Source: Camelus ferus (Eukaryota). From it: 64,000 nucleotides of DNA. Below, in pieces: positions 49,912 to 64,000 of the stretch. The notes under the pieces were generated by a model, which did not search any database, was not told where the DNA came from, and saw only the letters and a program-made list of their open reading frames with translations. How positions within the stretch are numbered: position 1 is the stretch's first letter; each line of letters begins with the position of its first letter. The position numbers and the translations under genes were made by a program. The stretch spans positions 41,604,001 to 41,668,000 of the forward strand of contig NC_045697.1 in NCBI RefSeq assembly GCF_009834535.1, given 5' to 3'.

Positions 49912-50341
49912 AAGACCCCACCTTGTTTGTTTGAAGGAGGACGTGGCCTTACTAAGTCTTGCTGGGAGTTTCACTGCTGCCTTACTTTTCTTACATGGCT
50001 TTTTCTCCTTTTTTGTTGAATTACATTACAACCTATATTTACCAAGGAGGACCACACTCTAAAGCAATATCACAATTATGTATCTTCTCTGATACTTCTT
50101 TCTGTCTAATTTTTAATTGATTTTAACCTGAAGACAGATTGCATGTCCTTTCTGAGTGCAGTTTTCTGTGTTCCGTGAGATAGTTCTAGAAAATTTTTCC
50201 AACTTTTCTGTTTCCACCATAGCACTAGTACATATGTGACTTCGAGTTGGAATAAGTACTTGTTTAAATATGTTTTTTAAATAGTTAATTTTCTCCCTTT
50301 TTCTTTCTCTCCTTCTGTCCCTTCCACTGTCCCTTCTCCAG

Positions 50342-50400
50342 ATTATTAGTTTATTAAATGTCTTCACACCCCAGAAAACGCTGGAGGAGTTCCAAGATGT
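50342..50400 (+). CDS. MAPK10: MAPK10 coding exon (59 nt): IISLLNVFTPQKTLEEFQD(V)
   Basis: Long CT-rich tract and ctccag acceptor ending at 50341; GT|gtaagt donor at 50401. It is not in the ORF track but is phase-consistent and matches JNK3. Confidence 0.97.
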
Positions 50401-51177
50401 GTAAGTAACAAAACTCGTGAAGGAAGGGGGAGCATAGCATTCAGATAACTCAAGTGATACTGACAAAAATCAAATGAATGAAATCCCTTGTGGACACCAA
50501 AGGGAGGTGAGGACTGGCAGCAAATGGAAAGGATCCAGGGATAGGACAGGAGTCTCTGTTTCTGGTGTTACCTCCTGGAAAGACATTTCTGCTACTCTCT
50601 GAACTTCTGGCTCTTTGTGCTTTGTTGTCCCATGTTCTTGGTTCAATCAGAATCAGAGAAAGCTTATTACTTATTTTACATTTTTTATTATTTTTAATTT
50701 ATTCTGTGAGCTTTCTAGAATGAGTCAACTCACTTTGAGAAATATTAATAAAGGACATGATAAAAATCATCTTTAGCCTTCGTTTCTATTTTTGTGGTGT
50801 TTTTTGATTTTGTGACAAAAAAACCTACCAGAAGTATAGTGACAATAAGCAGAGGAGAGGGATTGACTCCTTTGTTTCACACAGATACACTGCATTTAAT
50901 GGAAGATGCTATTCTGAATTTTTTTTATTTGTAATCATAATACTCAAGAAAGAGTTCAGAGAATTCAGGGTGAAGTGAGAACAAGATGAAGGTAGAAAAT
51001 ATATGGACAGGAACCACACACTAATAAATGCTACTTCTGTTAGCACTCTCGTGGTAGGGTTACCATGGGTAACACGCATGCAATACTTGCAAGTTTTTCA
51101 TATTCTTAATTTGTCAAAAGTTGAGCTGGAAAGTTGGGACGACTTACAGGTCTAGGAGAGGATTCTGACTCGTTTGA

Positions 51178-51390
<213 letters not shown>

Positions 51391-51953
51391 TGATAATTAA
51401 GATGCTTGTGGAGAAGAGAAAGAGCAACCTGGATTCTTTTCTTTATGTAGATGAGCTTGGTTAAATATAATATGCATCCTCGTTTATTTTCCTATAGAAT
51501 CAGCACATTAATCAGAATCACTACTGTGCAGGAGGAAGCTTCAGCACCCTGCAGTTGATTTTGTTTAATATTTTGTTTCAGCTCATTGAGAGTCAGCTTC
51601 TGAGAAGCCTTGTGCTTTCTAGCCCCTTGATTGGCAGAGGTCAGAGGTGCAGCTGAAACAAGACAGTTCCTTTCCGTTGTTTGCTTCTGGTCCATAAAGA
51701 CAGCTGCCCTGATCTGCTCTTCTGTCAGGCCTAGAAATGAAATATAAGCTGAAAGTTTTACGTTGCCATAAGGAGAAACCTAACAGATGACAGTAAATGA
51801 TTTTTTTTCTAAAACCTCTTTCCAAGATGAGCTTAAATTGTAAAAATGATACAGTTCTCTTCTGAGTTTAAAAAAGTTTCTGAGGATATTAAAACAAAAA
51901 ATCGAAACACTAACTGTAAACTTCTCGGGGCAGCACTTTTTTGCTTTTCGTAG

Positions 51954-52277
<324 letters not shown>

Positions 52278-54649
52278 TGAAGAAAATGAGGACACATTTG
52301 TAGATAGCCGAGAGTAATGTTCTCTTTCAGTGTGTATGAATACTTTTTTTTAAAAAATAGAGTTGCCAGCTTTCATATTCAGAAGTTTTTCAAAAATACT
52401 ACTAGGAAGACTCACCCATTAAAAATGCGAAGGATGTAGATTCTGAGAAGTAAGGTTGGCTAGAAGAGCACTGAAATGTTACGGCTAACACGAATTACAA
52501 GGCGGAGCCTGATTAAACAGTCAGGTGGATACTCATTAGCATAGATGCCGTAGGTATTGAGAAAACGTGCTTTTTAGGTGGCAGCTCAGCTCAAAGCGAG
52601 TATAAACGGGAAGAAATCTGCTCCATTTAGCCCTTTGGCTTTATGTTACATCTTAGATTGATGGCTCTAGTCCTAGGAAAAGACAAAAAGATACAACAAA
52701 TCCTTGGAGCAAGAATCTTCACAAATGTTCAATGTATAGTCAGTTTAGAATAATCCAAAGTGTTCAGGTTGGAAAAGAATTTCTTTAACACTTTAAACTG
52801 TTCTGTAAGTAATTGTTAAGGTAGCAATCGCCTAGTAAGTTTTTATAAATTCCAAAACCATCGAGAGGGAAAAATATTAAATTTTACACTACTGCTTTCA
52901 TAAAGAAAAGCTAGTACTCATGAGCACTTTAAAAGAAAAGGTAGAAAGAATCTTCAAAATGTATTTCGGTTTGATTTTACTGAAATGAAGGACTCATGAA
53001 ATACGTATTAGAAAGCACTGCAATATATTAACTTTGAAAAGAGTATTTCTAACAAGTAATGCGGTGTATTAAAAACACATCCAATATATTTAAGAATTAA
53101 AATAGTTTTATATTAGAATTTATATATGTACTCAATGTACCTTTCATACTTATTTTTTATATTCTATTCTGTTTAGTTCCCAGGAGTCTATAAGTTCTAG
53201 AGGAGTAATTATCATTGTATTTTTATGTGTAGGTGGTACAGAGTACTTTTCTGAAAATTCCCTGGCCACCAAAGTTTTAAAAAGTTTCTGACTTCCAGAT
53301 TAGAAGAGAGCCAATCCTTTTGTGCATTTGTGCAGAGGAAGGGAAAAAAGTTCTTGGCAAGGTCAGGTTTACTTTGTTGAGCAATGGCAGAATTCTGTTA
53401 CGTTTTGACTTGGAAGAGGAAAATCTGGTCCTCTTCTCAAGGCAATACCACCTCTAACTTATTTGGGTTTGATATTTGTATACTTTCTTCGTAAGTTATT
53501 TATAAAAAAAAATCAAAGGGAGACCCAGTTAAAAAATTCAGTAAATCAAGAATCTATAAGAATCTGGAGTGGGGTATCTGAATTTGCCTAATGTGGATTT
53601 TCAGATCTTTGCTGCACAGATGGCATGTGATCTCATCCCTTCCCCTTCCCTCACCAGAAAGGACTGCAAGTTGCTGCCTTAGTCTTTTGGCTTCTCTAGA
53701 TCCATGGAGAAAGCATACCTAGCACCCTCGTGCTGCCCTCTCACCTACCTATGGGATGAAAGTAATCCTGCAGAATAACCTGCTTGCTCCCACATCAGGC
53801 ATGCCCAGCTATCCTATTCACCTAACCTGCCTTCCTTCCCCAAGGAGCATTTTAGCCTAATGTTTTTGCCCCCAATTTCCCTTTGTCCTTACTAAAAAGC
53901 GAGTTGGAAGAGGGTAAAGATTGGTAAGAGAAGGTGAAGCATGTTTGGTTAACAAGTATGACAATTGAGAGACAAATGTATGTATATAATAATTTTTAAC
54001 ACCGTTAATACTTTTATTTACTTTACTTCTAGATGACTCCTTTATACATGTGCTAATTAATTATATATTTTTTCTTGAAGTATTTCAAATAGAAACTAAA
54101 ACTGATGTTTATTTACAAGAATAACTTCTGAAGGAAAAACTAAGCCCTGAATATCAGGGTTTCCTTCCAATATTTCTTTCTGCCTTTAAACCATGGTTCC
54201 AGCCATTTCCTAGTTTCTTGGATTTGGTTGCATTTACCTTATTTTTGGATTGAAAAAGGGGTGTCGCTAGTTGCCCTATTCCATGTAACTGAATAGAATA
54301 GAAAATGGAAACAGCCACCCCTAAAGGTTGATCAAGATTATTTTCTCTACATCCAGCAAATGACATCGAAAACCCTTTGGTGGCTTCTAGCCATCACTCT
54401 GCCATGGAGATGCTTTTGGTTAAGCTGCTGCTTTTCCATGTTACCACTTTGTGGCACTAAAGAAGCAATCTAAGGCACTCACAAAGTAATTAAAAAAATA
54501 ATTTGAGTTCTTACACTATACATTGTTTGTGTAATATTATAGTGCTGATTTTAATTCACCTTTTTGGCTAGCTTTTGGTGGGAGATAGAAATTGTACCTT
54601 CTAATCAAACTGTTCTTTTTCCTCCTCCTCCTGAGAGCAGTTATCTTAG

Positions 54650-54829
<180 letters not shown>

Positions 54830-56059
54830 TAATGATTTTACCAGGAGAGTAAAGATAGAAGCAAAAAGTTGGGTAAGTGGTGTAACTGTGATTTTTAAAA
54901 AATGATTACTTCTTTAATCTGACCAGTACTGAAAACTACCTACCTCAATGATTTGTTTTAACTAAGTTTTAATGGGATTTTTCTTCTTAAATTATTTTCT
55001 TATCTGTAACTCAAAATAGCAGTGCAATTTTTTTTCTCATAAGTAAGAGAGGCCACCAAATCCCAAATGAGTAAAATATATTTATAATTAGCAGAAGAAG
55101 CCACTATTTGCAAGTATTTTCCATCTCCTTTCTATAACCATTTTATGCTTCTACAAATTTCGGCATAATCATTTCTCTTCTTGCTGATGCCCTAAACTTC
55201 TGTCCATATCTTTATTGATCTGAATTATTCTTGACACTATACCCAGTCTTAAATAGGTTAAAATAGCACATCTTCCTTAAAATGTGAACTTCCACATTTA
55301 AAAATAATAATTATTTTTCAAATTGCTGGAGGTCAGGTGAATTTAAAATAGGCTTTCCTTATTTGACTTGGAGATGTGACTTAAACATAGATAATTGCTT
55401 TTCAAATGAAATTCAGAATTAAAAAAATGAAATGTACAGTGTGGGGAATAGAGACAATTAAAAAAAAAAGCAGTGTTGATTTGTGTTCCCTTAGTGGGTC
55501 TTATACTAAATTCGATCAGAAATTTCTTGGAGCGATAGCTCTGCTTTGGAATTATTAAATGAGCTGGTGTATTTCTGAAAGGACCAAAAGTTCATTCACT
55601 AACAAAAGCACATATTTGTGTTTGTAATTACTGATAATAAAGTTTACATATTAATTTAAAAAATATTTTTATAAGTACAGAAATACCCTGCTAACACACA
55701 ATTATGCAAATCTAAGTACAATTGACAACTTCAACAATGATAATGCCAGATTGAATTCATTATATTTATCACATATGAATTTTTGAAATTGGCCATAAAT
55801 ATGTGATCCATAACTTTATTAAATATTGTATTTGATTAATAAGAAGGATCTATTAAGGGACTTTTATCATGTAGGAAATATTATGATTGTTATTTAACAG
55901 TAAGAGAAGTAGAAGAAAAGGCCAATAATAAAAAAAAATCTGACAATAAGAAGTTGACACCACAATGAACATACATTTATGTAGTCATTTATTTATTCTG
56001 CCAGATATTAATGAGATATTCTCTAAATTCCAATAGTAATGTGAGTAAAGATATCTTCT

Positions 56060-56250
56060 AAAACTATGCTAATAGGTAGGCACTAATCACATGGGTAGCT
56101 CTTGAAATTATGAAGTCTGAATTAAGAGGTGTTATATATGCATAATACATATTAAATTTTGAAGATATAAAAAGAAAACATGCAAAATATCTCAATTTTT
56201 ATATTGGTTATGTATTGAAGTGATAATGGTTCTTTTTATTTTATGTTAAG
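56060..56250. mobile_element. MER3-like hAT MITE remnant
   Basis: gcactaatcacatgggtagct ... tctgaattaagaggtg ... aaaatatctcaatttttatattg. Confidence 0.6.
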
Positions 56251-56363
56251 TTATTTATATTTTGAGGATCAATTACATACAGATCAATTTAGTTGATTTG
56301 AATGATATTGTAATTCACATTCATATTTAAATGTATTGATTTCATACAAAAGTAGGAGTACTT

Positions 56364-56389
56364 TGTGTGTGTGTGTGTGTGTGTGTGTG
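56364..56389. repeat. (TG)13 microsatellite
   Basis: Read directly. Confidence 0.95.
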
Positions 56390-58466
56390 CTTTTGTCTTT
56401 GGGGTATAATACATTTCAAATAAAAAAGACCTGGAACTTCTCAGTCATTTTCAATGTAAAGTTGCACAGCCACATCTCTGTAGTGCACTAGTTAATGGAA
56501 AACAAAAAGTCACAACATACCGATTTCCATGTGACGCTGTTGTTACAGGTCACTTGATTCCCACGTAGCATGGTTCTCTGAGATCTAATTTAGCTATTCA
56601 GGTATTTATCATTAAATCATTAGTATCAGATTTAAAAGCCAATAAACTTAGGAAGAGTCAAACTTTTTTTATAACCCAAACTACCCTTCAGATAAACAAG
56701 CAGAGATAATAGCACCATATTGGTAATTCTACATTCTTCCAGAAGTTTTTCTCTTGGAGGCCTTTTTTTTCCATCTATCCTAGTTTATGTTTTAGAAAAA
56801 TGTTTGACACTGAAAGTAAATTGTGAAAAATATCAATACATAAAATATATTTCCTTGATAAATATGACCCTAGAAATTTAATAAACCCTAATATACAATG
56901 TGTACATTGTGATTAAGGTTTGGATTCTACAGAATTTTGAAGATATAAAAAGATATATCCCTTTCTCTGCTTATGATTATATGCAGTATCGGTATTTGAT
57001 AACCTACTGCCATATGTGATAATGAGCCTGCCTGCAGACTAAAAGTCAGTGGGGAAGTTACACAAAGACATTACAGTGGAAAACATCTTGCTTAAATTAA
57101 ATTTTACTTAAATATGAGTAATAATTTCCAGATGAAATGCATTGGAAGAACTATCATCTCATTGAAAATGTTTCCATTTGGATTTAAATCCTTAATTGCC
57201 TATAATTAAAACTACAGTTTAATGTTTTAAGTCATGACCATATTTAAAAATTAAACTAAACCATAGAAATCCCTATTAAACAATGGATTACATATACTCT
57301 GTGTTTTTGAGTGGAATTGTTTCATTAATCTTTACATGAGGCTATTATTATGAGCTTCCTACCAATGATAAAGAGATCAGAGCACTGGATCATGCTTCTG
57401 GTGATCATAACTGCCCTAGACCGTGATGATCAGACACAAGTTTAGGGGCTGATGCAGGTGATTTATGGGGAGAAGAATCATCCAATATTTTATCTTACTA
57501 AAATGATTCCATAATTTACTGGGGGTAAAATCAAAGTTTAGGCTATGCTAATTTATACTTTGACTATATCTAAGAGTCTTCAGAGACTTAAAAAATATTA
57601 TAAGTGAATAATTAACTTAGAATTATTTAGAATTATTTCTGATGAATTTCTCTGAGGCTGAAAAATGATGTTATAATACTCCATCATCATAATCAACATT
57701 ATTTCTCTTTCTCGACAGAACTTTTTAATGTCCCCTTTTAAAATCTGAACTCTAAGCAAAAGTAATAAAACACCTTGACAAATTGGGAAATCTTTTGAAA
57801 TTATCATTGATGACTAAAGGTTTAACTGTTTTCCTACGTTAAAACTGTTTTTGCATTTTGAGAATCATTGTGTGGGTTTCTTGACTATTGATATGATCCA
57901 GATGACAACACAAGGTAGCTTCTTGATTATTAAAATAAACTGTTGGCAAAATAAATGCATACATATTTGCTTTTCCATTCATTAGTTTGCTAACTTTTTT
58001 AATATCCAAAGGAATATTTATAAAATGTTTGTTGAATTCTTAATTATTCAAACATACACTATTATACACTCAATTTTCATTACAATTTTATGATTAAAAC
58101 CTATTTTTTAGGATATATGTTGACATAGTATACATTATTACTAAAAATTCTTCTTAATGATGAAGTTCAAGTCAGAGAACAATAAATATGGCAGGTCTGC
58201 TTTTTCAAGCAGTCCAATGATCATATAAATGATATCAGTAACTTTGCATTGCATTCAGATTTTGCTTCTTTTAATAATGAACTATAGTAAAGCAGTTTTA
58301 TGATGTTTCTTAGAATTTTTTTTTTTTAAGGACTATCTAATCACCGACTTCTTTCACCCACCCTTGAAACCAACAGGGGCATGCCATATTCTTGATTACT
58401 TAGGTCTCACGTAATACCAGTATAGTTTTCATTTAATACCAGTTCTTTCCTCAAGCCTGATTCTTT

Positions 58467-58604
58467 TTGTTTGTTTGTCTTTTGTTTTGTTTGTTTGTTT
58501 TTGGAGGGGAGGTAATTAGGTTTATTCAGTTTAAAGAAGGCACTGGGGATTGAACCCAGGACCTAAGCATGCACTCTACCACTGAGCTATACCCACCTCC
58601 CTCC
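58467..58604 (-). mobile_element. tRNA-Ala-derived SINE (camelid vic-1-like) with a ~10-nt deletion in the anticodon-arm region
   Basis: CTGGGGATTGAACCCAGGACCT-AAGCATGCACTCTACCACTGAGCTATACCC; (TTTG)n tail; short flanking repeat ATTCTTT. Confidence 0.85.
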
Positions 58605-61600
58605 ATTCTTTAAATATATTCTTCCTACTTTATTATTTCCATTCTACTTCAAATGATAGCACCTTCTCTGAGTAAAACCTGTGATGTTCATTTATCTTGA
58701 GTTCTAGCCAGAGTTCTCTGGACCTGACGAATGTTAAAGCAAGGCACACCTTATTCATTTGAAACTTCTGGACCATGAGCATATTATCTCCAGTTAAAGC
58801 TGACAGGCAGCTGAAGTACCACTTCTTGCCTTTCCCTCTGATGACATGAGACATTTCAGTTAAAATAAAAATAATGTACATTTAATCTTGCCAAGAAGAC
58901 AAGTTATCAAAGAATAGGTAAATGATTGGCTAGAAATACATTTGAAGAAATAAAACACCCTCAAATTAACTGAATATCATATATTTTCTTAACTTGAACA
59001 AATGAAAATTAGGAACAATCAAAGTAAGGTGAACAAAAATTGGAGGCTAGTACAGATAGATATTCTAATCCTTCTTAGCTCTTTGAAATAACTAATGCAT
59101 CCTACCTAAGAAACTTTTGCAACTAACACATTGCTGTAGTCCAAGTCTTCTATCTAATATTAAGGCAATACAGCATTATCTCAAACTAGACATAATTTAT
59201 GACTTTAAATAAAATTGGGATTTAAAATTTTCAGTAGTCATTCTTTCACGCCCGTAAGCAAATTGCCAATAATCACAAATAATTGAAAAAATAAGACAAT
59301 TTTTTTCTATTTGTTTAAAAGAATCTATTTTCACCAGGAATTTGCTACTACTCTTATTTTTTCTTATTATTCTGAGAAAATCTGAGTGAGACAGGAATCA
59401 CTAGACCAGGAGCTGGAGATTCTGAGGTGATCTGAAAAGATGGAAGGAGGGTGTGGTTGTAAGGGGAAAATCACTCTCCGAGAAATTTAGAGTAGGCCAG
59501 AGTATACTAGAGGGCAGGATGAGGCTGAAGAGTGATAAAAGGAGTTCAGAGAGGTATACAGAAAGGGTGCAGTGAGAGAGGACACAGAGAATGGACTTCC
59601 GGGGGTGGAACAGAAGGCAAGAGATTGAGCAGAGGGACCTTGACTGCTAGATGCCTTGGAGAGAAGCTATGAATGACCATGTACAAAGGTCCACTAGGAC
59701 TGCTGGGTCCTCCAGGAGTTCCCTGTCCCCCAGAAATGGATATATAAAAGCATACTGGTTTTCCTTATCCCTCTATAGCTCTGTAGACAGTGTATTGAAC
59801 GATCTTTAAAAATAAAGCAAACTGTTTGAGGGGGGAAACGACAAACAACACAATACATTCCCTAGTCATTACTACAATGCTCGATTCAGACTCTCATTGG
59901 CCCAATGGGCTCTTAGGACAAAGTTCATGAGCAGTGATACCCACTGCAGGACTTTTCTCTTTTGTCAGCAGTCAAATGAGTCTTCAGCTCAAAGCGCTCC
60001 AAGAACTGGCTTCTGGTCTTCTTTGCTTTAGTCATGTGACATCTCCTAAACTTCAGTTTACTTTGTAACATGCTTCCTTTGCCTGTCTTACAAGACTGCA
60101 GTGATGGTAGTCATCTGATACATATTAAACATTAGATGTTTACAAACATACACATACCTGTAAATACCTTCAAAAGAAAAGGAACTCTGATTTTTGGGTA
60201 TGAAGTTGGTTTGGAAGCACTCCAGCCCAGATAACCTTCAAATTGAATTAAGTAAAGTGTAAAAAATAGAAATAACTAAAAAAGACCATCTAGAGTAAAA
60301 AATTTTCTCAGAAGATGAGAAACCAAAATTATCTGTGAATTCAACAGTAAAAGGAAAGAAAATGAATAGTTTGTCACTTACTAAAGCACTTCTTTCGAGT
60401 TGACATACAGAATGAAGTAAGGATAATTACCTGAATCTTCAGGGAGCTTGTATTTAATTTGGTGATGACATGAGATATTCAGAGCTAGCATCTACTATTT
60501 GTTCATCAGAACATAGAAAGTTTAAAGAAAAACATTTTTTCAGTATCAAGATTTCTTTAATTTCCTTATTTATATACACTGTAGAATTACATGGATTTTA
60601 AAGATGACAATTTTAAAAAGTTTGATGCAGTAAAAAAATTATTAAATCTTTTTATGGCAGAATATTTTGTAAATCCATTAGTCTACAGTTTTATTTATAA
60701 TTTAGTATAAATTAAATATAAAACTAAAGATTTATATAATTTAATATATAGCTAAAGGTTTTCTTCTTTATTATAAGTTTTTAAGGATATTTTTGTTTTG
60801 TTAAAAAAGGGAGTCAAGGTTATAATATCTTTAAAATAAAGGCTAAAAATTAATGATACCATAGAAGTTATAAAGAAAGAAAAGCAGGTTGAATAAGTAG
60901 ACTCAAGGAGAAAATCTTTCTCTATTTCCTGGCATTAAAATATTTAGCATTGTGTTCCATGAAAGTTTTTTACTTTTCTTACTTAGATTCACAAGTGCAA
61001 AATAGGTACATTCTCTGTTTATTTATGCGTATCACTAGTCTTTTATAACTCCATCTTTGCACTGAAGTTTAAAACAATGTGCTTTTGTTAAATATCTAAT
61101 TAAATTTATAACTTTTAAAACAAGCTTTTCAAAGGAATGGTGTTCTGATTTTAGAAAACCATATTAAATCTTCTTGCTATTGTACTTGGAGGTATTCGTT
61201 GAAAGAAAATTTATCAAAACCCATTGTCTGAATCCTATGCTAAATGAAGATATAATTAGGTTGAGGAGAAAAGCAGTGTGGTCTCACAACTGTGTTGTTA
61301 GAGCCTCACAATCTCCTAGATAGGAAACATTTATCCAGTTGCTGGATTGAAGCTCATACAGTCCAAAAATATTTCATCATAGATCACAATCCAAGCCATT
61401 AGGCAGAGTGTGGAAGTAGCAATAAAGTGCTTTCTTTATTTAGATTTAAACTGCCAGGGCCTATATTATATCACTCCTATCTCTTGCATAGAGCAGAAAA
61501 AAGATAATTTATTTAATCTAATACCTGACAAATGATAGTACACTTGAGATTTTCTCACTTAGAAAACTGATGACTGTTTATTTTAGTAACACCAAAATTT

Positions 61601-62984
61601 AACATTCCTTCTAAGGAAAGTGACTCAGTTTCTGAGTGTCACAACTGCAAATGAATCTGCTTTTTGCCTGTGGGAATACTGATGGTGGGAGGGGAAATGT
61701 AATGAATCAGAATCATAAAAGCAACCAGAATTCTATCTGGGCAGCATTCGTGTACAAAACTTTATGGAGACCCAAATATCATATCAGATCATCTCAGAAA
61801 GCATCAAAATCCAGTTTCCAACTGTGATTGAATTTCCCTATTTCTTCTTAGGTGTATGCAGAGTCAGTATTCATTGGAATATCTTGAAAACTTCGTAAAA
61901 TAATCCAGTCTCACTCTGATAAACAGATACACATATTAGTTGAGTGAAGGCTTACTGCCACCCATTGTCCCAACAGGATTTAGTATCGAACCCTTTAATA
62001 CCTGTTTCCTGCTATAGTTGTGACGACTGATTCATAAAATTTGGTACAATGGCTTTCTCTTGAGAAATAATCCTGTCTTTCATAATAAAAATCGACATAG
62101 ATTCATGTGCATATACTCCACTTGGGTAATTTGTAATAATAGAGTTTATCGTTTCCAGATACAAGGCTTAGCACTTCAGTGGCATAGCATGGATAATCTG
62201 CAGGAATAAGAAAGTTTGAGTGGAAATTGGAAGTTGGAGGGATTTCCAGGGTATTATTACCCAGGAAAGATATATTAAATAAAGAAAATAGAATTCAATA
62301 TATTCATTGGTAGTTCAGATCTAGAGTTTATATCTCTCTGCATTACTTTTATGCAAAAGCTTTGTGTTCTATTAAGTCTATTTTAGGTTCTGATATGAGG
62401 ACACATTTCTAAAAATATTCTCCTTTTACCTTGGAATATCTGTATCCACAGAGCCACACAAATGAGAACCAGGAGATAGACCAGTTATTAAACCAACAAC
62501 TGTCTGGAGCCAATTGAGGCTGAAGCAACACAGGGACTAAGATTCCACTCAGGTTGTCGGCTGTATTGTTGTTGCCGTTGTTTAAAGGCATATGTGAGGG
62601 AGAGTGAAAATGAAGGGATTTTAGTCTGAAGGATGAAAATTTGCCAGTTTTAGGAGAAGAGTGGTCAGGGATTGTAGATAAATTCACATATTTTTAGGTT
62701 ATTTTTTGGATTAGGGAACCGGGTAATTCCTGTTTAGATAATGAAGAGACCTTCCATGGAGTCAGCTGTGATTCAGTACAGGGAATGCCTTTCTAAGTGG
62801 TTTCAGCAGTGAAAAGGATCACTCAGTGAGTGATGAGCGAGCTTCCCTCATTGGAAACAATTCTTAATTATATGTATAAATATAAGATACAATATAGCAT
62901 TATATAAATAATAAATAAGCCTTTCTTATATACATTTAATTCATAGATACACACACACATATAAAAATGCATAGGGACACATAA

Positions 62985-63165
62985 CTAACATTTATTGAGG
63001 ACTTCCTGTGACCAGACAATGTGGAAGGATCTTTACCAAGCACAATTGTTTTAAGTCTTACAACATTTTACATAATAAGTACCATTTATCATCCACATTT
63101 TAGAGGATGAAAAGAAAGATGAAGTAACTTGGCCAAGGTTATATAGTTAGAAAGCAATGAAGTTA
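62985..63165 (-). mobile_element. MIR SINE
   Basis: aacatttattgaggactt ... atccacattttagaggatga ... aagtaacttggccaaggttatatag. Confidence 0.7.
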
Positions 63166-64000
63166 GTTCTGCAGCAGAAAAAAAAAAGGGGGTATTTGCC
63201 AGAGATAACATAGATTTTTTTACATTAAATAAAAAATAAAAATAGATGTTTTCTGACTACAGATAGGTCTATGGCAGAAACAGCCTTTTTCCAAAAGTTT
63301 AAATGGATCCAGGAAAGAGAAAAATCTTGCTTATTGAGTTTCTAGCTCTATTATTTTCTCTCTCTCTCCCACAATATCTATAAAAAGTACATACATGATA
63401 AATAACAACTTAGTCAGACTGGTCATTTGGACAGTATGATAAGAATATTTGCAATTCAAAAACAAATACATTTTCAGAGATCTTTTGTCCCCTTTAATCA
63501 AAGTACTCACCTCTTGTGAGACAGGTATTATCTGGAATTACAAATGCATTAATAATAAAGGGCTGCACAACTGTTTGCTCTATCTTTCCCTGATACTTCT
63601 GCATGTCACTTGCTTTCCTAAAATGGAAGCAAAACAAATTTGCTTCTCTGGGTATGCTTATCACCTTCAAAGCTGTAACCATTTCTTTGCAGTGATCACT
63701 CTGTTTAGGTGTTAAAGTCAAACTTTGGAAACTTTGAGTTTAACCTGAGTGAGATTTTCACACTGGAAAGAATCTCATGAGGAATTCTCTAAGGTGACTG
63801 CCAACTTACAGGATGTAATTTGAAGAGTAAGTGGAGCAAAACTATAGTGTGCTGCTATCTTAATGCCTTTCCCTATTTGTTCCCCCTCGACTTCCCTTAT
63901 TCTTCTAGGTTATTTTCCCCCATAAGAATGACCTATCTTTTTTTTCCTGAGTTTTCAGTAGGAACACGTGAGTAACAAAGTATAGTTAAAGAGAGAGATT

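Noticed and set aside
50113..50466. 117-aa minus-strand ORF overlapping the 59-nt exon
   Set aside because: It is the antisense shadow of the exon and its polypyrimidine tract (R/E/K run), with no independent gene signals.
51540..51560. TTCAGCACC left half of a REST/RE1 site
   Set aside because: The right half (GGACAG) is absent.
57188..59012. U12 branch-like motifs (ATCCTTAAT at 57188, TTTCTTAAC near 58985) with an AG about 20 nt downstream
   Set aside because: They are imperfect matches expected by chance in AT-rich DNA, and the following sequence does not encode the next JNK exon.
60906..60945. ggagaaaat...tttcctggca resembling the alternative JNK 72-nt exon
   Set aside because: Spacing is wrong, and there are no DxWSVGC codons, no acceptor and no U12 donor.

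Overview
Mammalian genomic DNA, AT-rich and CpG-poor. It is most likely from a camelid, judged from three tRNA-Ala-derived vic-1-type SINEs and the style of the young L1 3' ends. The whole window lies inside the MAPK10 (JNK3) gene on the + strand. Six consecutive coding exons can be read with exact, phase-compatible splice junctions: 6516-6685, 45656-45785, 50342-50400, 51231-51369, 52077-52242 and 54699-54770. Together they give 736 nt, about residues 23-267 of JNK3, including the G-loop, VAIK, HRD, DFG and TPY motifs. The first coding exon and all exons after the 72-nt exon lie outside the window. The 72-nt exon is followed by a minor-spliceosome (U12-type) donor, GTATCCTT. The rest is intron filled with L1, L2, CR1/L3, MIR, MaLR/ERVL LTR, hAT fossils and simple repeats; nearly all short ORFs in the track are noise or repeat-derived. 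I found no new protein-coding system. The most notable observations are: (1) a tailless, 3'-truncated 7SK snRNA retrocopy with a perfect 13-bp TSD, antisense in the 39-kb intron; (2) the U2-acceptor/U12-donor exon; (3) a ~50-bp locally templated insertion into a MER5A; (4) an 18-bp minisatellite upstream of the 59-nt exon; (5) inverted L1 pairs around exon blocks that would give stop-free circles if back-spliced. Repeat subfamily names and boundaries are by-eye estimates against remembered consensus sequences.
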